64,000 bases of DNA from Dehalococcoidia bacterium (GTDB lineage Bacteria; Chloroflexota; Dehalococcoidia; Lucifugimonadales; UBA2962): contig OZ244723.1 of NCBI GenBank assembly GCA_965219325.1, positions 1,039,963 through 1,103,962 of the forward strand, in the 5' to 3' direction. The position numbers were made by a program, and so were the translations under genes. Below the pieces are notes generated by a model. It did no database searches. It was not told the origin of the DNA and worked only from the letters and a program-made list of their open reading frames with translations. This document shows, one piece after another, positions 52,897 to 62,590 of the stretch. Positions within the stretch are counted from its first letter, which is position 1. Each line of letters opens with the position of its first letter.

Positions 52897-55143
52897 TCAG
52901 GGCTGGCGGTCGGGTGTGGAAACCGGCGAGGACGCGATGCGCGTTGGCCACCAGTTCCAGCGTCCTAGGAGTGTTACGAGCGCCGGCACGATCAGCGTGC
53001 GGGTGATGAACGTGTCGATCAGCACGCCGACGGCCACCCCGAAACCGAGCTGCAGAAGGTCCTGGAGCGGTAGCGTCATCAGGGCCGAGAATGTTCCGGC
53101 GAGGATGAGCCCGGCGGAGGTGATGACCGGGCCGGTGCGAGCGAGCGCGTGGCGCGTTGCGTCCTTGAGAGGTGTTCTTCGCGCCTCCTCGCGGATGCGG
53201 GACATCAGGTAGATGTTGTAGTCGACGCTGAGCGCATTGAGGAACACGAACAGGAAGAATGGCACGGCCGGACCGACGCCGGCGTGACCCATCAGGAGGA
53301 CGAAGACCACGACCGCAAGGCCCAGGGTTGCAAAGTAGGTGAACGCGATCGTGGCCATCAGGTAGAGGGGGGCGATCAGGGAGCGCAGGAGCAAGGCCAG
53401 GACGACTCCGATGGCCAGCAGGATGAGCGGGAGCACCACCAGCGAATCCCGGTCGCCGGCAGTGCGTGTGTCGTGCGACTCGGCGGTGTCTCCCCCGACG
53501 AGCACGCTTTCGGCGGTCAGGCCCAGTGACCGGGCGCTCTGGCGTGCGAGGGTGCGTAGCTGGGGCACGGCGTCGAGGGCCTCTTCGGAGAATGGATTTT
53601 CCTCGAGCACGACCTCGATGCGGGCCGCACGTCCGTCCGCCGATACGAATCGCAGTGCGCTCCCCGGCGGTAGCTGCGATGCCGGGGGCCCGGCTATGCC
53701 AAAGGGCCTGCTCGGACCTGAAACCTCGGCCACTGCCGGGTGTCCGGCCAGGTCGAGAGTGATCCTGTCCAGCTGCTCCAGGGAGGCGGGATCGAGCGCC
53801 CGGGCGCCCGGGGGGAGGGAAACGTAAACGCGCATGGGCGAGAGCGCACCTGCCGGAAAACCCTCCCTGAGCAGTTCAAAGCTCTTGACCGATTCGGTGT
53901 TGCTCGGGAGACTCGCAAGCTGGTCATAGTTGGTGCGAAACGGAATCAGGCCCGCAATCAACACCGCGAGCCCCACGGCCGTGATGGCCAGCGTCAGACC
54001 CGGCCTCCGCAGGACGACGGCGCCCACCCTGCCGTAGACGCTCCGGCGCCAGTCGACCTTCGGGCAGGCCACCGCTTCCTGGCGGGGCTGCATGGGCCAG
54101 TAGGCGCGCCTACCGAAGATGGTGAGGATCGCGGGAATGAGTGTGACGGCGGCCAGCATCATCAGGGCCACCGCAAGGGCTATGACAGGTCCCAGCGCCT
54201 GGTATGAACGAAGAGTCGCGAGTCCCAGGGCGGCGCACGCCACCAGGATGGTCGTTCCCGCCGAGGCCACGGCGCCGCCCACGCCCCGCATGGTTCGGCG
54301 CATGGCCTCGTGTGGATCGCCGTGGCGGGTCAGCTCCTCGCGGAAACGCGCCGAGACGAAGAGCACGTAGTCGGTGCCGGTGCCGAAGAGCACGACCGTC
54401 ATGATGCCCGTGGTCTGTCCCGATACCGGCAAATCGAACTGCTGGGCGAACCAGCCGCCGATTGCGCCGGCTAGCTGGAAGACGAGGCCCACGCCGAGCA
54501 GCGGGATGGCCGCCATGATCGGAGAGCGGTAGATGACGATCAGCAGCACGAGCACCAGAAGGACCGTTACCAGAAGCAGCAGCGTGTCGATCTGGGAAAA
54601 GACCCCGATAAGGTCGACGATGAGGCCTCCGGGTCCTCCCACGGCGATCTCCACGCCGGTGATGTCGAGCGACGCGGAGCGGTCGCGTATGGCCTCCACG
54701 GCGTTGATGAAGGTCTGTTCGGCGGGCTCGCCGGCGATCTCGACGAAGATGTACATTGTTGTGCCGTCGGACGAGACCAGGCCGGATCGGCTGACCGTTG
54801 CCGGGTCCGGGTAGAGGACCTGGTCGATGGCCTCGGGCCCCTCTGAACCGGACAGCCACTCCCCGAGCTGTGCGGCAGCCGCGAACGAAGACGAGCTGAG
54901 ACCGTCAGGTTCGTGGAATACGATCAGGACAGGAGTCCCGTCTGAAGGAAAGCGGTCCCGGGCAAACTCGAAGGCCCTGGTCGCCTCCGCGTCCCTGGGC
55001 AGGAACAGGGCCTGCTCGTTCTCTGTCGCCTCGCCGAGCCCTGGGAGCTGGGAGATCAGAAGACCGGCTGCGATGATCCAGACAGCGAGGGTTACCCACT
55101 TGCCGCGCGGGCTGCTTACGAAGTCAGTCAGATGGCCGAGCAC
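52897..55143 (-). CDS. MMPL family (RND superfamily) transporter
   Basis: 748 aa with two 6-TM bundles separated by soluble loops. The N-terminus is ...KWVTLAVWIIAAGLL...FLPRDAEATRAFE....FPSDG. GTDYVLF and SVDYNIYLMSRIREE are the characteristic MMPL blocks. Confidence 0.85.
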   Translation of the reverse strand: MLGHLTDFVSSPRGKWVTLAVWIIAAGLLISQLPGLGEATENEQALFLPRDAEATRAFEFARDRFPSDGTPVLIVFHEPDGLSSSSFAAAAQLGEWLSGSEGPEAIDQVLYPDPATVSRSGLVSSDGTTMYIFVEIAGEPAEQTFINAVEAIRDRSASLDITGVEIAVGGPGGLIVDLIGVFSQIDTLLLLVTVLLVLVLLIVIYRSPIMAAIPLLGVGLVFQLAGAIGGWFAQQFDLPVSGQTTGIMTVVLFGTGTDYVLFVSARFREELTRHGDPHEAMRRTMRGVGGAVASAGTTILVACAALGLATLRSYQALGPVIALAVALMMLAAVTLIPAILTIFGRRAYWPMQPRQEAVACPKVDWRRSVYGRVGAVVLRRPGLTLAITAVGLAVLIAGLIPFRTNYDQLASLPSNTESVKSFELLREGFPAGALSPMRVYVSLPPGARALDPASLEQLDRITLDLAGHPAVAEVSGPSRPFGIAGPPASQLPPGSALRFVSADGRAARIEVVLEENPFSEEALDAVPQLRTLARQSARSLGLTAESVLVGGDTAESHDTRTAGDRDSLVVLPLILLAIGVVLALLLRSLIAPLYLMATIAFTYFATLGLAVVVFVLLMGHAGVGPAVPFFLFVFLNALSVDYNIYLMSRIREEARRTPLKDATRHALARTGPVITSAGLILAGTFSALMTLPLQDLLQLGFGVAVGVLIDTFITRTLIVPALVTLLGRWNWWPTRIASSPVSTPDRQP

Positions 55144-55441
55144 TATCGTTAGCCGTTCGGGTCTCCACCTGCGAGGTGGCTAGCCCCGGGGGATTCTTTG
55201 CGCATCCCGCGATGGTACCAACAGCGCGTCACCGAGCCGCCCTGTTCGGAAACGCGCTCGCACCTCTGAGAGTTCCTGGGGCGGCGCATCGTAGAGCCTC
55301 TGTCGCCACTTCTGCGGGCGTCGAAAAAGTTGATTGAACGTGGCTCCGGGGCGTCCCTGGCAGACCCGCAGCTGTCCGGAGGGATCCGATCCGCACCGAC
55401 CCGGACCGGTGGGCAGGGGGTGGGTTCGCCTTGAGCGAATA

Positions 55442-56275
55442 TCAGGTCAGGCCGCGTGCGAACCCGCGTACCACGTCCAGGAACTTTTGCTGCTCTTCGG
55501 CGAATACCATGTGGCCGCTGCGCTCGAACATGACGAACTTGGAACCCGGAACGCCCCGGTGGATGCGGGAAGAGCACTGCTCGTAGGGGGTGATGAAGTC
55601 GTCGGCCCCGCAAAGCACCAGGGTGGGCACATCGATCTCTCCAAGCCTGTCGACTACGTTGTGCTGGGCGTGGATGTCGATGACGCTGCGGTTGTAGGCG
55701 GCGGCGGAAAAGCGCGTGTTAATGCCAAATGTCTTGGCAGCTTCGCCGTCGGGGTCGCAAAAGTACAGGCGGCCTACGGTCGCCGCAAGATCTGCCAATT
55801 CCTCGTCGCTATCCAGGTGTTCGAAAAAGCGCTTCTCGATAGCCGCTGCCTCCTCGGGCGTGCCCCTCTGCCTGGCATTTTCGAGGACCACATCCTTGTA
55901 GTCCCATGCCGGGTAGGCGTTGGCGAGGATCAGGCCGGCCAAGTGCTGCTGGTATCTGAGGGCATGGTGAATGGCGATGGCGCCACCATAAGACTGACCG
56001 AGCAGGGTCATGCGATCGATACCGAGATGTTGCCTGAGTGCGTCGGCGTCGTTGGCCCACGTTGAGTGGAACACGTCGTCCAGGTCGGGTGGGCGTTCTG
56101 AGCGTCCGTTGCCCCTGTGGTCGTAGAGGATGAGCGTGAAGTCTTCGGCGAGGGGGTCGACCCAGGGTCGGAAGTAGGTGTGGTCGAAGCCGAGCCCGCC
56201 GTGCATGAACATGAGCGGTGGTCCGTCGCCGAGCAGTTCGTAGTAGAGCGTGGTGCCGTTGACGTTAGCGAGCAT
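55442..56275 (-). CDS. alpha/beta hydrolase
   Basis: ORF track trimmed to ATG 56275. LMFMHGGLGFDH, the nucleophile elbow LLGQSYGG, and the late CGADDFITP ... H motif. Confidence 0.8.
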   Translation of the reverse strand: MLANVNGTTLYYELLGDGPPLMFMHGGLGFDHTYFRPWVDPLAEDFTLILYDHRGNGRSERPPDLDDVFHSTWANDADALRQHLGIDRMTLLGQSYGGAIAIHHALRYQQHLAGLILANAYPAWDYKDVVLENARQRGTPEEAAAIEKRFFEHLDSDEELADLAATVGRLYFCDPDGEAAKTFGINTRFSAAAYNRSVIDIHAQHNVVDRLGEIDVPTLVLCGADDFITPYEQCSSRIHRGVPGSKFVMFERSGHMVFAEEQQKFLDVVRGFARGLT

Positions 56276-56527
56276 AGAGGCTGTCTCCCTGCGAGCGGCC
56301 GCCGGGTGGCTGTGCAGCATGAAGGATGTGCCAATCCTAGCAGCAGGATGGGGTCAAAATTCCCTTTGGATTTACCCAGGAGGCCCAGGTGCTCGCGAGT
56401 GTCAGCTGCCATCGGCCGGTGGCCTGTACGAACGCTCGGGCACTCGCCTATGCCCGCACCACGCATCGAGGCCAAAGTAGCTGGGGCACGTCAATTGAGT
56501 CGGGTTGGGCAAGATCATTTCATTTAT

Positions 56528-56541
56528 GTGAAGTTCTTCAC
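56528..56541. promoter_or_regulatory. perfect 14-bp palindrome GTGAAGTTCTTCAC (operator-like)
   Basis: It sits in the only AT-rich patch of the 620-bp intergenic region, 5 nt upstream of an AGGAGG (56546-56551). Confidence 0.3.
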
Positions 56542-56705
56542 GAACAGGAGGGTTTATCGGTGCGCAGACCGTGCCCTCGGCAAGGAAGCCGAATACCTGA
56601 AACAGAACAGGCGTACTGATATCTTGCTGTTAGGAACTGATACCGTAGCCACGAATGCCTGTGGCATGCGGCCGGCGGTCGGGAAGGCGGTGCCACAGAT
56701 GGGGG

Positions 56706-56734
56706 TTGACAGGGTAGCAACAAGAACATACTAT
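56706..56734 (+). promoter_or_regulatory. near-consensus sigma70 promoter for the HU gene
   Basis: TTGACA (56706-56711), 17-nt spacer, TACTAT (56729-56734). This implies a ~155-nt 5' leader before ATG 56895. Confidence 0.6.
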
Positions 56735-56894
56735 CTGCGCACCGTGAGACAGGGCCCGATGGGCGCCCGTGCCACCGGAGCGGAGGGCCGCTAGCACGCT
56801 CGCCAAATACTGCCAAAGGCACCTGTACCACCCGGCACCATGTGAGACTGAACTGCCGTGGGCCGGCTCATCATGACCTAGGAGGTAGTCGTAC

Positions 56895-57185
56895 ATGGCA
56901 ACGTTGAGGAAGAGTGATCTGACCGCACGGGTCGCCTCTAAACTAGGCGGTTCTAGGGCTCAGGGCGAGGCTGCGCTCAACGCGGTACTCGACAGCATTC
57001 AGGAAGCTCTTTCGGCTGGTGATCGTGTCGTCCTGACGGGGTTCGGATCCTTTGAGGTTCGACAGGTGAAGGCTAGGAGGGTCAGGCCCATACGTGGTGG
57101 TCAGGCAGGGTCCCTCATAACGGTGCCGGCCCACAAGCGTGTCGGCTTCACCGCTGGGGCTAACCTCAGCGCCGCCGCCCAATAG
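56895..57185 (+). CDS. hup: HU family nucleoid-associated DNA-binding protein
   Basis: L...VA..........A...L......AL..GD.V.L.GFGSFEVR...AR..R.P..G....V.A...V.F..G..L. Length is 96 aa, with GGAGG upstream. Confidence 0.85.
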   Translation: MATLRKSDLTARVASKLGGSRAQGEAALNAVLDSIQEALSAGDRVVLTGFGSFEVRQVKARRVRPIRGGQAGSLITVPAHKRVGFTAGANLSAAAQ

Positions 57186-57242
57186 CGCTAATAGCTGATG
57201 TGGATCGCTAGGCATCCGCCTCGCGATCAGAGAGAATTCTAG

Positions 57243-57280
57243 AGGGCGGGCCGGATGCATCCGGCCCGCCCTATCGTTTT
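57243..57280 (+). terminator. intrinsic terminator after the HU gene
   Basis: AGGGCGGGCCGGATGCATCCGGCCCGCCCT forms a perfect hairpin and is followed by ATCGTTTT. Confidence 0.8.
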
Positions 57281-57342
57281 CCAAATTTCCAAACTGCGGG
57301 TCATGTCCGATACTCTTGGGCAACTGAGGAGTACAGACCGGA

Positions 57343-58209
57343 ATGCAGCCTGAACTGATCGTCGATTTCGCCAACCAAGTGGGCGAGGGTCCCCTGTGGC
57401 ATCCTGAGGACGGCAGGTTGTACTGGGTGGACATTCCGCCGGGCAAGATCTATTGGCATGACCCGTCCAGCGGTGAGAGCGATCTGTACCTGCAGGGACC
57501 AACCGGCATAGGCGGGTTTACCATCCAGGCCGACGGCACCCTGCTCTGCTTTACATATGGCGCGGGGGTCGGGGTCGTCGAAAACGGTCGGTTCAGGTGG
57601 GTCATCGAGGCGATCCCAGAAGAGCAGGGTCGCAAGTTCAATGACGTGATAGCGGACCCGGTCGGCCGGGTCTTTGCAGGTACCATTGCCAACGAGAGCG
57701 GTCGGGGATCGCTCTACCGCATGGACCTTGATGGAACGCTGACCGTCGTAGAGGGTGACTTAGGCATCTCGAACGGTATGGGTTTCACGCTGGACCATAC
57801 CCGGATGTACTACACGGACTCTGAAACCTACCGCATCGACGTCTTCGACTACGATGTGGAGACGGGGCGCCTCTCGAATCGCCGGCCATTTGCCGACGCA
57901 TCCGAAGGGGGGCTGCCCGACGGAATGACCGTCGATTCGGACGGCTACGTCTGGTCGGCGCGCTTTGGCGGAAGCGGCGTCTACCGCTACGCCCCGGACG
58001 GCTCTTTCGACCGCAAGATAGACGTGCCCATGCTCAAGACCACAAGCGTAATACTCGGCGGGCAAGGCCTGACCGATGCATACGTTACGTCTGCCGGCGG
58101 GGAGGATAAGCAGTCAGACGGCGAGAACGCCGGTGCGCTGTACCGTCTCGACCTTTCGGGGATGGACGTAAGAGGCGTAAGCGAATTCCGCTCCCGCGTC
58201 TCCGTCTAG
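57343..58209 (+). CDS. SMP-30/gluconolactonase/LRE family protein
   Basis: VGEGPLWHPEDGRLYWVDI..GKIY, NDV..DP.GR.F.G, SNG..F......MYY.DS, and PDGM.VD..G..W.A. Confidence 0.8.
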   Translation: MQPELIVDFANQVGEGPLWHPEDGRLYWVDIPPGKIYWHDPSSGESDLYLQGPTGIGGFTIQADGTLLCFTYGAGVGVVENGRFRWVIEAIPEEQGRKFNDVIADPVGRVFAGTIANESGRGSLYRMDLDGTLTVVEGDLGISNGMGFTLDHTRMYYTDSETYRIDVFDYDVETGRLSNRRPFADASEGGLPDGMTVDSDGYVWSARFGGSGVYRYAPDGSFDRKIDVPMLKTTSVILGGQGLTDAYVTSAGGEDKQSDGENAGALYRLDLSGMDVRGVSEFRSRVSV

Positions 58210-58248
58210 GAGGCCGCAGCTGCGGACCTGAACTGCCCGGGGGGCGAT

Positions 58249-59304
58249 ATGGCCACCATCGATATCGATACAGCAGTCCACTCAAGTCCTGCTTTGCCGG
58301 TCGTGGCCTCGGAGATGGCCGAGGTGGCCAGACGCCTGGTCGGAACGCTCTCCCCGGCCCAAAGGGCGCGGGCCCTGTTTTCTGAGGATCACTACGAACG
58401 CCTCTACTGGAACTATGCTCCCATGAAGTACAGGGGCCTTCCGCTGCTCGATTTGGACGCCGATCAGAAGGAGTTGACCTTTGCGCTCGTCGCCACCGGG
58501 ATGTCGGCCGATGGCACGGACCGAGCGCGCCGGGTCACGCAGTTGGAGTCGGTCCTGGGAAAGATCGAGATCGACGCCGGCACGGCCATGTTCGACCGCG
58601 ACCCGGGCCTTTATTTCCTGCGCATCTTCGGAGATCCGGGCTCAGAGGCCTGGAGCTGGAGCCTCAACGGCCACCATGTCTTTTGCGCCTTCACCATAGT
58701 CGAGGGACGTGCGGTCGCGTCGACACCCAATTTCCTCGGTTCCAACCCGGCGCTCGTTCCCCACGGGTATCCCGGGGCCAAAACAGGCATACTCTGGGAC
58801 ACCGACGAAAGGGCACGCGAGCTTCTTGCCTCGCTGGACAGGGCTCAAAGGTCCAAGGCTGTGATCAGTGAACTGGCTCCCCTGGACATAGTCACCCTCA
58901 ACTCACCCATTTTGATCGACGGATCCGGGTCGGCCCTCCCACCCAGTGGTCTGTCGGCTGCGGACATGAACAAGGGTCAGCAGGATCGGCTCTGGAACCT
59001 GGTGTCGGACTATGTCAACCGCTTGCGCCCCGAGTTGGCCGACCCCATCCTGGCTGGACTGCGCGACGATGGATTCGAGAGGCTCGACTTCAGCTGGGCC
59101 GGGGGAGACCAGCCCGGCAAGGGCCGGTACTTCCGCGTGCATCGTCTCAGGCCAGGGAGCTTTCTGATCGAGCAGGACAACGTTCAGAACGACGCCAATC
59201 ACATTCACTCGGTCATGAGGGACGTGGACGAGGACTTTGGCGTCGATCTGCTGCGACTACATTACGAGCGCTCTCACCTGCCGGCATCCGTCGACCACGG
59301 CTAG
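58249..59304 (+). CDS. DUF3500 domain protein
   Basis: ...Y.....W.Y.P......GL.L..L...Q, Y.LRIFG.P......W.WSL.GHH........G......P.F.G..P. Recognition is by eye only. Confidence 0.55.
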   Translation: MATIDIDTAVHSSPALPVVASEMAEVARRLVGTLSPAQRARALFSEDHYERLYWNYAPMKYRGLPLLDLDADQKELTFALVATGMSADGTDRARRVTQLESVLGKIEIDAGTAMFDRDPGLYFLRIFGDPGSEAWSWSLNGHHVFCAFTIVEGRAVASTPNFLGSNPALVPHGYPGAKTGILWDTDERARELLASLDRAQRSKAVISELAPLDIVTLNSPILIDGSGSALPPSGLSAADMNKGQQDRLWNLVSDYVNRLRPELADPILAGLRDDGFERLDFSWAGGDQPGKGRYFRVHRLRPGSFLIEQDNVQNDANHIHSVMRDVDEDFGVDLLRLHYERSHLPASVDHG

Positions 59305-59865
59305 GAGCCCGGCCTCCGTCCCTGCGCCTGGCATCTCCCAGTGGGCACGGGGAGGCAGTTCCAACCGACCGCTTTCGGCGTCCCCCTGGGTTGCCAGTCC
59401 AGCGCCAACACCGACCGCCGCCGCCACGGCTATGGACGCTGCCAGAAGGCCGAGGCGCCCTGAGTCCGATAGTAGAGGGGTACCGATGCCGGTGGATGCC
59501 ATGACGATTGCAGCCAGCGGCACGACGAACGAGAGCATCCGGTCTATCTGAGTGTCGCCGGCTGCCGCGGCGCCGGCCACAATCCCGAACAGGGCCAGCC
59601 ACACCGCATAGAAGAACCGGCGGCGAGGGGCGCTGTCTTGTGCGGTTGCCCACAGAGCGCCTGCCAGCAGTCCGGCAACCAGTGACCCAGCCGTCACCGT
59701 GAGGCTGTTAAAGACGACGTCGGTCGGCGAGTGGAGCGGTAGCTGCACCAGCGACGCGACAATGGCTGCCATTGCCCCGGCGGTCAGCCCTGCGAGGACT
59801 GGCCGCCGGCCGTTTGCCGCGCTGGATTCGGTGCCGGCGCCGGAATCGGAGGGTATTGTTGCCAT
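59257..59865 (-). CDS. hypothetical integral membrane protein (about 4 TM)
   Basis: Ala/Gly/Leu-rich hydrophobic segments. Its 3' end overlaps the DUF3500 gene by 48 nt, so the true stop and extent are uncertain. Confidence 0.45.
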   Translation of the reverse strand: MATIPSDSGAGTESSAANGRRPVLAGLTAGAMAAIVASLVQLPLHSPTDVVFNSLTVTAGSLVAGLLAGALWATAQDSAPRRRFFYAVWLALFGIVAGAAAAGDTQIDRMLSFVVPLAAIVMASTGIGTPLLSDSGRLGLLAASIAVAAAVGVGAGLATQGDAESGRLELPPRAHWEMPGAGTEAGLLAVVDGCRQVRALVM

Positions 59866-59897
59866 TCGGCCGCCTCTAGTGTTCTGTCGCTAGCCGA

Positions 59898-60605
59898 TCA
59901 TTGGTCGCCGCTCGGCACAAGGGCCAGCAGCACCTCAACTCGGACCTCGTCGGCGATCCAGACCACCGACTGCACCTGGGGTACGGGGACCTCCAGTTCC
60001 TCCCAGGTGAACTGGGTCCTGCCCAGTACGAACACCGTGTGTCCATCGTCCCTGACCTCGATTTCAAACGACAGGGGGAACTCCTTACCGAGCAAGGTGA
60101 GTGTCCCCATCACGCTGGTCGTCACCGTTTCACCATCGCCGAAGCCGGCTGGAAGGTCGCCGGCGTCGGGAACCGCGAATACGGCTGTGGGATCCGAGCC
60201 GAACATCCTGGTGCTCACGTATCGGTCTCGAAAACCCTGGTCGCTGGTCAGTGTTGAAAGGTCTATCTCGACCGCGAAGGTCCCTCCATCCAGCCTGACC
60301 TCGCCGGACAGGGCGTTCGTGCGCATAACAGCGTCGTTGGGCACGGCAAGCCTTGCGAGCTGCTCTTCAACCGTGAACGTAGCTTCGGACTCCTCTCCCA
60401 TGACGAACACGATCCCCTCAACCTCACCTGCCCGACGTTCCTCGGGTTCCTCGGCGGGTGCGGTCGCCGTCGCTTCAGCGCTCACATCCTCTCTTGCGGG
60501 CGCGGGTGTGGGTGTTGCGGTATCGACGGGCTGGGCCGAGCCCCCGCAGGCCGCCGTGAGCGCGGCGAGAATCGCCAGCAGGCCGACCGCAGGTAGGTAT
60601 CTCAT
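59898..60605 (-). CDS. YceI-like domain lipoprotein
   Basis: ORF track trimmed to ATG 60605, with GGAGAGGA upstream. MRYLPAVGLLAILAALTAAC, then a PT/acidic linker, then F.V.......A..........G...L.......I.L..L.S.......R......F. Confidence 0.6.
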   Translation of the reverse strand: MRYLPAVGLLAILAALTAACGGSAQPVDTATPTPAPAREDVSAEATATAPAEEPEERRAGEVEGIVFVMGEESEATFTVEEQLARLAVPNDAVMRTNALSGEVRLDGGTFAVEIDLSTLTSDQGFRDRYVSTRMFGSDPTAVFAVPDAGDLPAGFGDGETVTTSVMGTLTLLGKEFPLSFEIEVRDDGHTVFVLGRTQFTWEELEVPVPQVQSVVWIADEVRVEVLLALVPSGDQ

Positions 60606-60820
60606 AAGCCTTTGTCCTCTCCGGTGCCACTGCTCAACTGAACTACACCGCAATCGGGCCCCAGAGATCGAGCACGCATCTGGTGGGCCCTAGCTCCCGC
60701 ACGCGATGCGGAATCTGGCGCGACATTCTCAACGCCCGTCAGTTGGAACCGTTAGGTCCCGGGCAGGATAAAGGGTACCCTGTTGGCTAGATCCGTTGAA
60801 CTGCCGTTCAACCTGCGCAC

Positions 60821-61327
60821 ATGAACCCCGAGCAACGCCCCCAGGAATACGACCCGGACTTTTCCAAGAATCCCACGCCGGGAGACCGACCGGGCCGCAG
60901 CAGTGACTCCGACGATGATGGCGATGGGACCCGCTATCGCCCTACCGACGAGTACTCCGAGCCCTCCGGCAGGTTCAAGGGCCTTCAGATAGGCTGTGGG
61001 GCACTGATCGTCGTCGCCATCGTGCTGGCCGTAGTCCTGCCCCTGGCCGGCACCTTTGATTCCGGCGGCGGCGATCCTGCCGGCCGCGCCGCGTGCGAGC
61101 GATTCGCGAGTTTCCTGCTGGATGTATCTGAACGGGAGGTCAGCGACGCCGAATTCATCGAGAGGGTTATGCTGGTGGCCGAGACGGCCAAGGATGCAGA
61201 GGCGCCGATCAGGGAAGCGAGCGCGGCACTCCTCGCCGCCGTCACATCCGGCGACGTTGAGGCGCTGAGCGGCCACGCGGCCGACCTCGTGCAGGCGTGC
61301 GGCGTCGCCGGATACTGGTCACTGTAG
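60821..61327 (+). CDS. hypothetical single-pass membrane protein
   Basis: Disordered acidic N-terminus, one TM (IGCGALIVVAIVLAVVLPLAG), and a ~90-aa helical C-terminal domain with 2 Cys. Confidence 0.5.
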   Translation: MNPEQRPQEYDPDFSKNPTPGDRPGRSSDSDDDGDGTRYRPTDEYSEPSGRFKGLQIGCGALIVVAIVLAVVLPLAGTFDSGGGDPAGRAACERFASFLLDVSEREVSDAEFIERVMLVAETAKDAEAPIREASAALLAAVTSGDVEALSGHAADLVQACGVAGYWSL

Positions 61328-61438
61328 GTTGCCTGAGCCCTGCGGGCGCGGTTAAGTTAGGTACGCTGTCGGCAAGGGATCTGCCCGCCGCGATCGCGGT
61401 CCGGGCCGACCCCGGCCATCGCGGCGACTCTGAATGCT

Positions 61439-62548
61439 ATGCGAATCGATCGACTCGACGTCTACTACGTGGCCATGCCCCTCATCTCGCCGTGGCGCAC
61501 GGCGTACGGCTCAGACCATGACATACACTCGGTCCTGGTCAAGGCCACCAGTGGGGAGCACTGCGGCTGGTCGGAATCCACGCCGTTCTTCGCACCTACC
61601 TACCTGAATGAGAGCGCAGGTTCGGCCTATCACCACGTAACCGAGGTCTTCGGCCCGAGGGTTGTGGGCTCCCATTTCGAGACCGCGGCCGAACTCAACG
61701 AGGCCCTGGACATCTTCAAGGGCAACAGCTTCGCAAAGGCCGCCATCGAGATCGCCTGGTGGACCCTTGAGAGCGATGTGACCGGTACTCCCCTGCACCG
61801 CCTCCTGGGAGGAGAGCGCAGGGAGGTTGCCGCCGGTGCCGATTTCGGGATCCAGGACTCGATCGACGTGCTCCTGGAGGCGATCCAGGGCGCGGTAGAC
61901 GCCGGCTTTCCGAGGATAAAGCTCAAGGCGGCACCCGGCTGGGACCTGGATATGCTTAGGGCGGTAAGGTCGACCTTCCCCGACACCGTATTCCACATAG
62001 ACTGCAACTCCGGCTATACCCTGGACGACCTTCCGCTGTTTAAGGAGATCGACAAGATCGGACTTGCATTCATCGAGCAGCCTCTTCACTGGAACGACGT
62101 GCTGGACCATGCCGAGCTGGCCCGTCAGATAGAGACGCCGCTATGTTTGGACGAGACCATCCACAGCGTCAAGGCCGCCGAGCAGGCGATAGCGGTGGGG
62201 GCGTGCGAGTTCATCAACATAAAGCCGGGACGCATCGGCGGTCTGCAGAACGCAAAGCGCGTCCACGATATCGCCATGGACGCCGGGATCCCCGTATGGG
62301 TGGGTGGCATGCTGGAAAGTGCGCTTGGCGGCGCCATCTGCATCGAAGTCGCCACGCTGCCCAACTTCACGTATCCGGGCGACCTGTTTCCCTCCTCGCG
62401 CTTTTACGAGCGGGACCTTTGTAACCCGCCGACCGAGATGACCGAGCGCAAGACCTTTACGCCGTTCGAAGGTCGCCTCCCGGAGCCCGACCCCGACCAA
62501 ATGGAGAGGATGACCCTGCGCAGGGTGACGCTGCTGCCTGACCACTGA
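61439..62548 (+). CDS. enolase-superfamily o-succinylbenzoate synthase / N-acylamino acid racemase type enzyme
   Basis: LLGG.R..V, the KLK motif (RIKLKAAPG), HIDCN, FIEQPL, LDE and NIKPGRIGG. Confidence 0.8.
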   Translation: MRIDRLDVYYVAMPLISPWRTAYGSDHDIHSVLVKATSGEHCGWSESTPFFAPTYLNESAGSAYHHVTEVFGPRVVGSHFETAAELNEALDIFKGNSFAKAAIEIAWWTLESDVTGTPLHRLLGGERREVAAGADFGIQDSIDVLLEAIQGAVDAGFPRIKLKAAPGWDLDMLRAVRSTFPDTVFHIDCNSGYTLDDLPLFKEIDKIGLAFIEQPLHWNDVLDHAELARQIETPLCLDETIHSVKAAEQAIAVGACEFINIKPGRIGGLQNAKRVHDIAMDAGIPVWVGGMLESALGGAICIEVATLPNFTYPGDLFPSSRFYERDLCNPPTEMTERKTFTPFEGRLPEPDPDQMERMTLRRVTLLPDH

Positions 62549-62590
62549 ACGCACCACGTCGCATCGTATTCATCGGAGAGCACGACAGAA

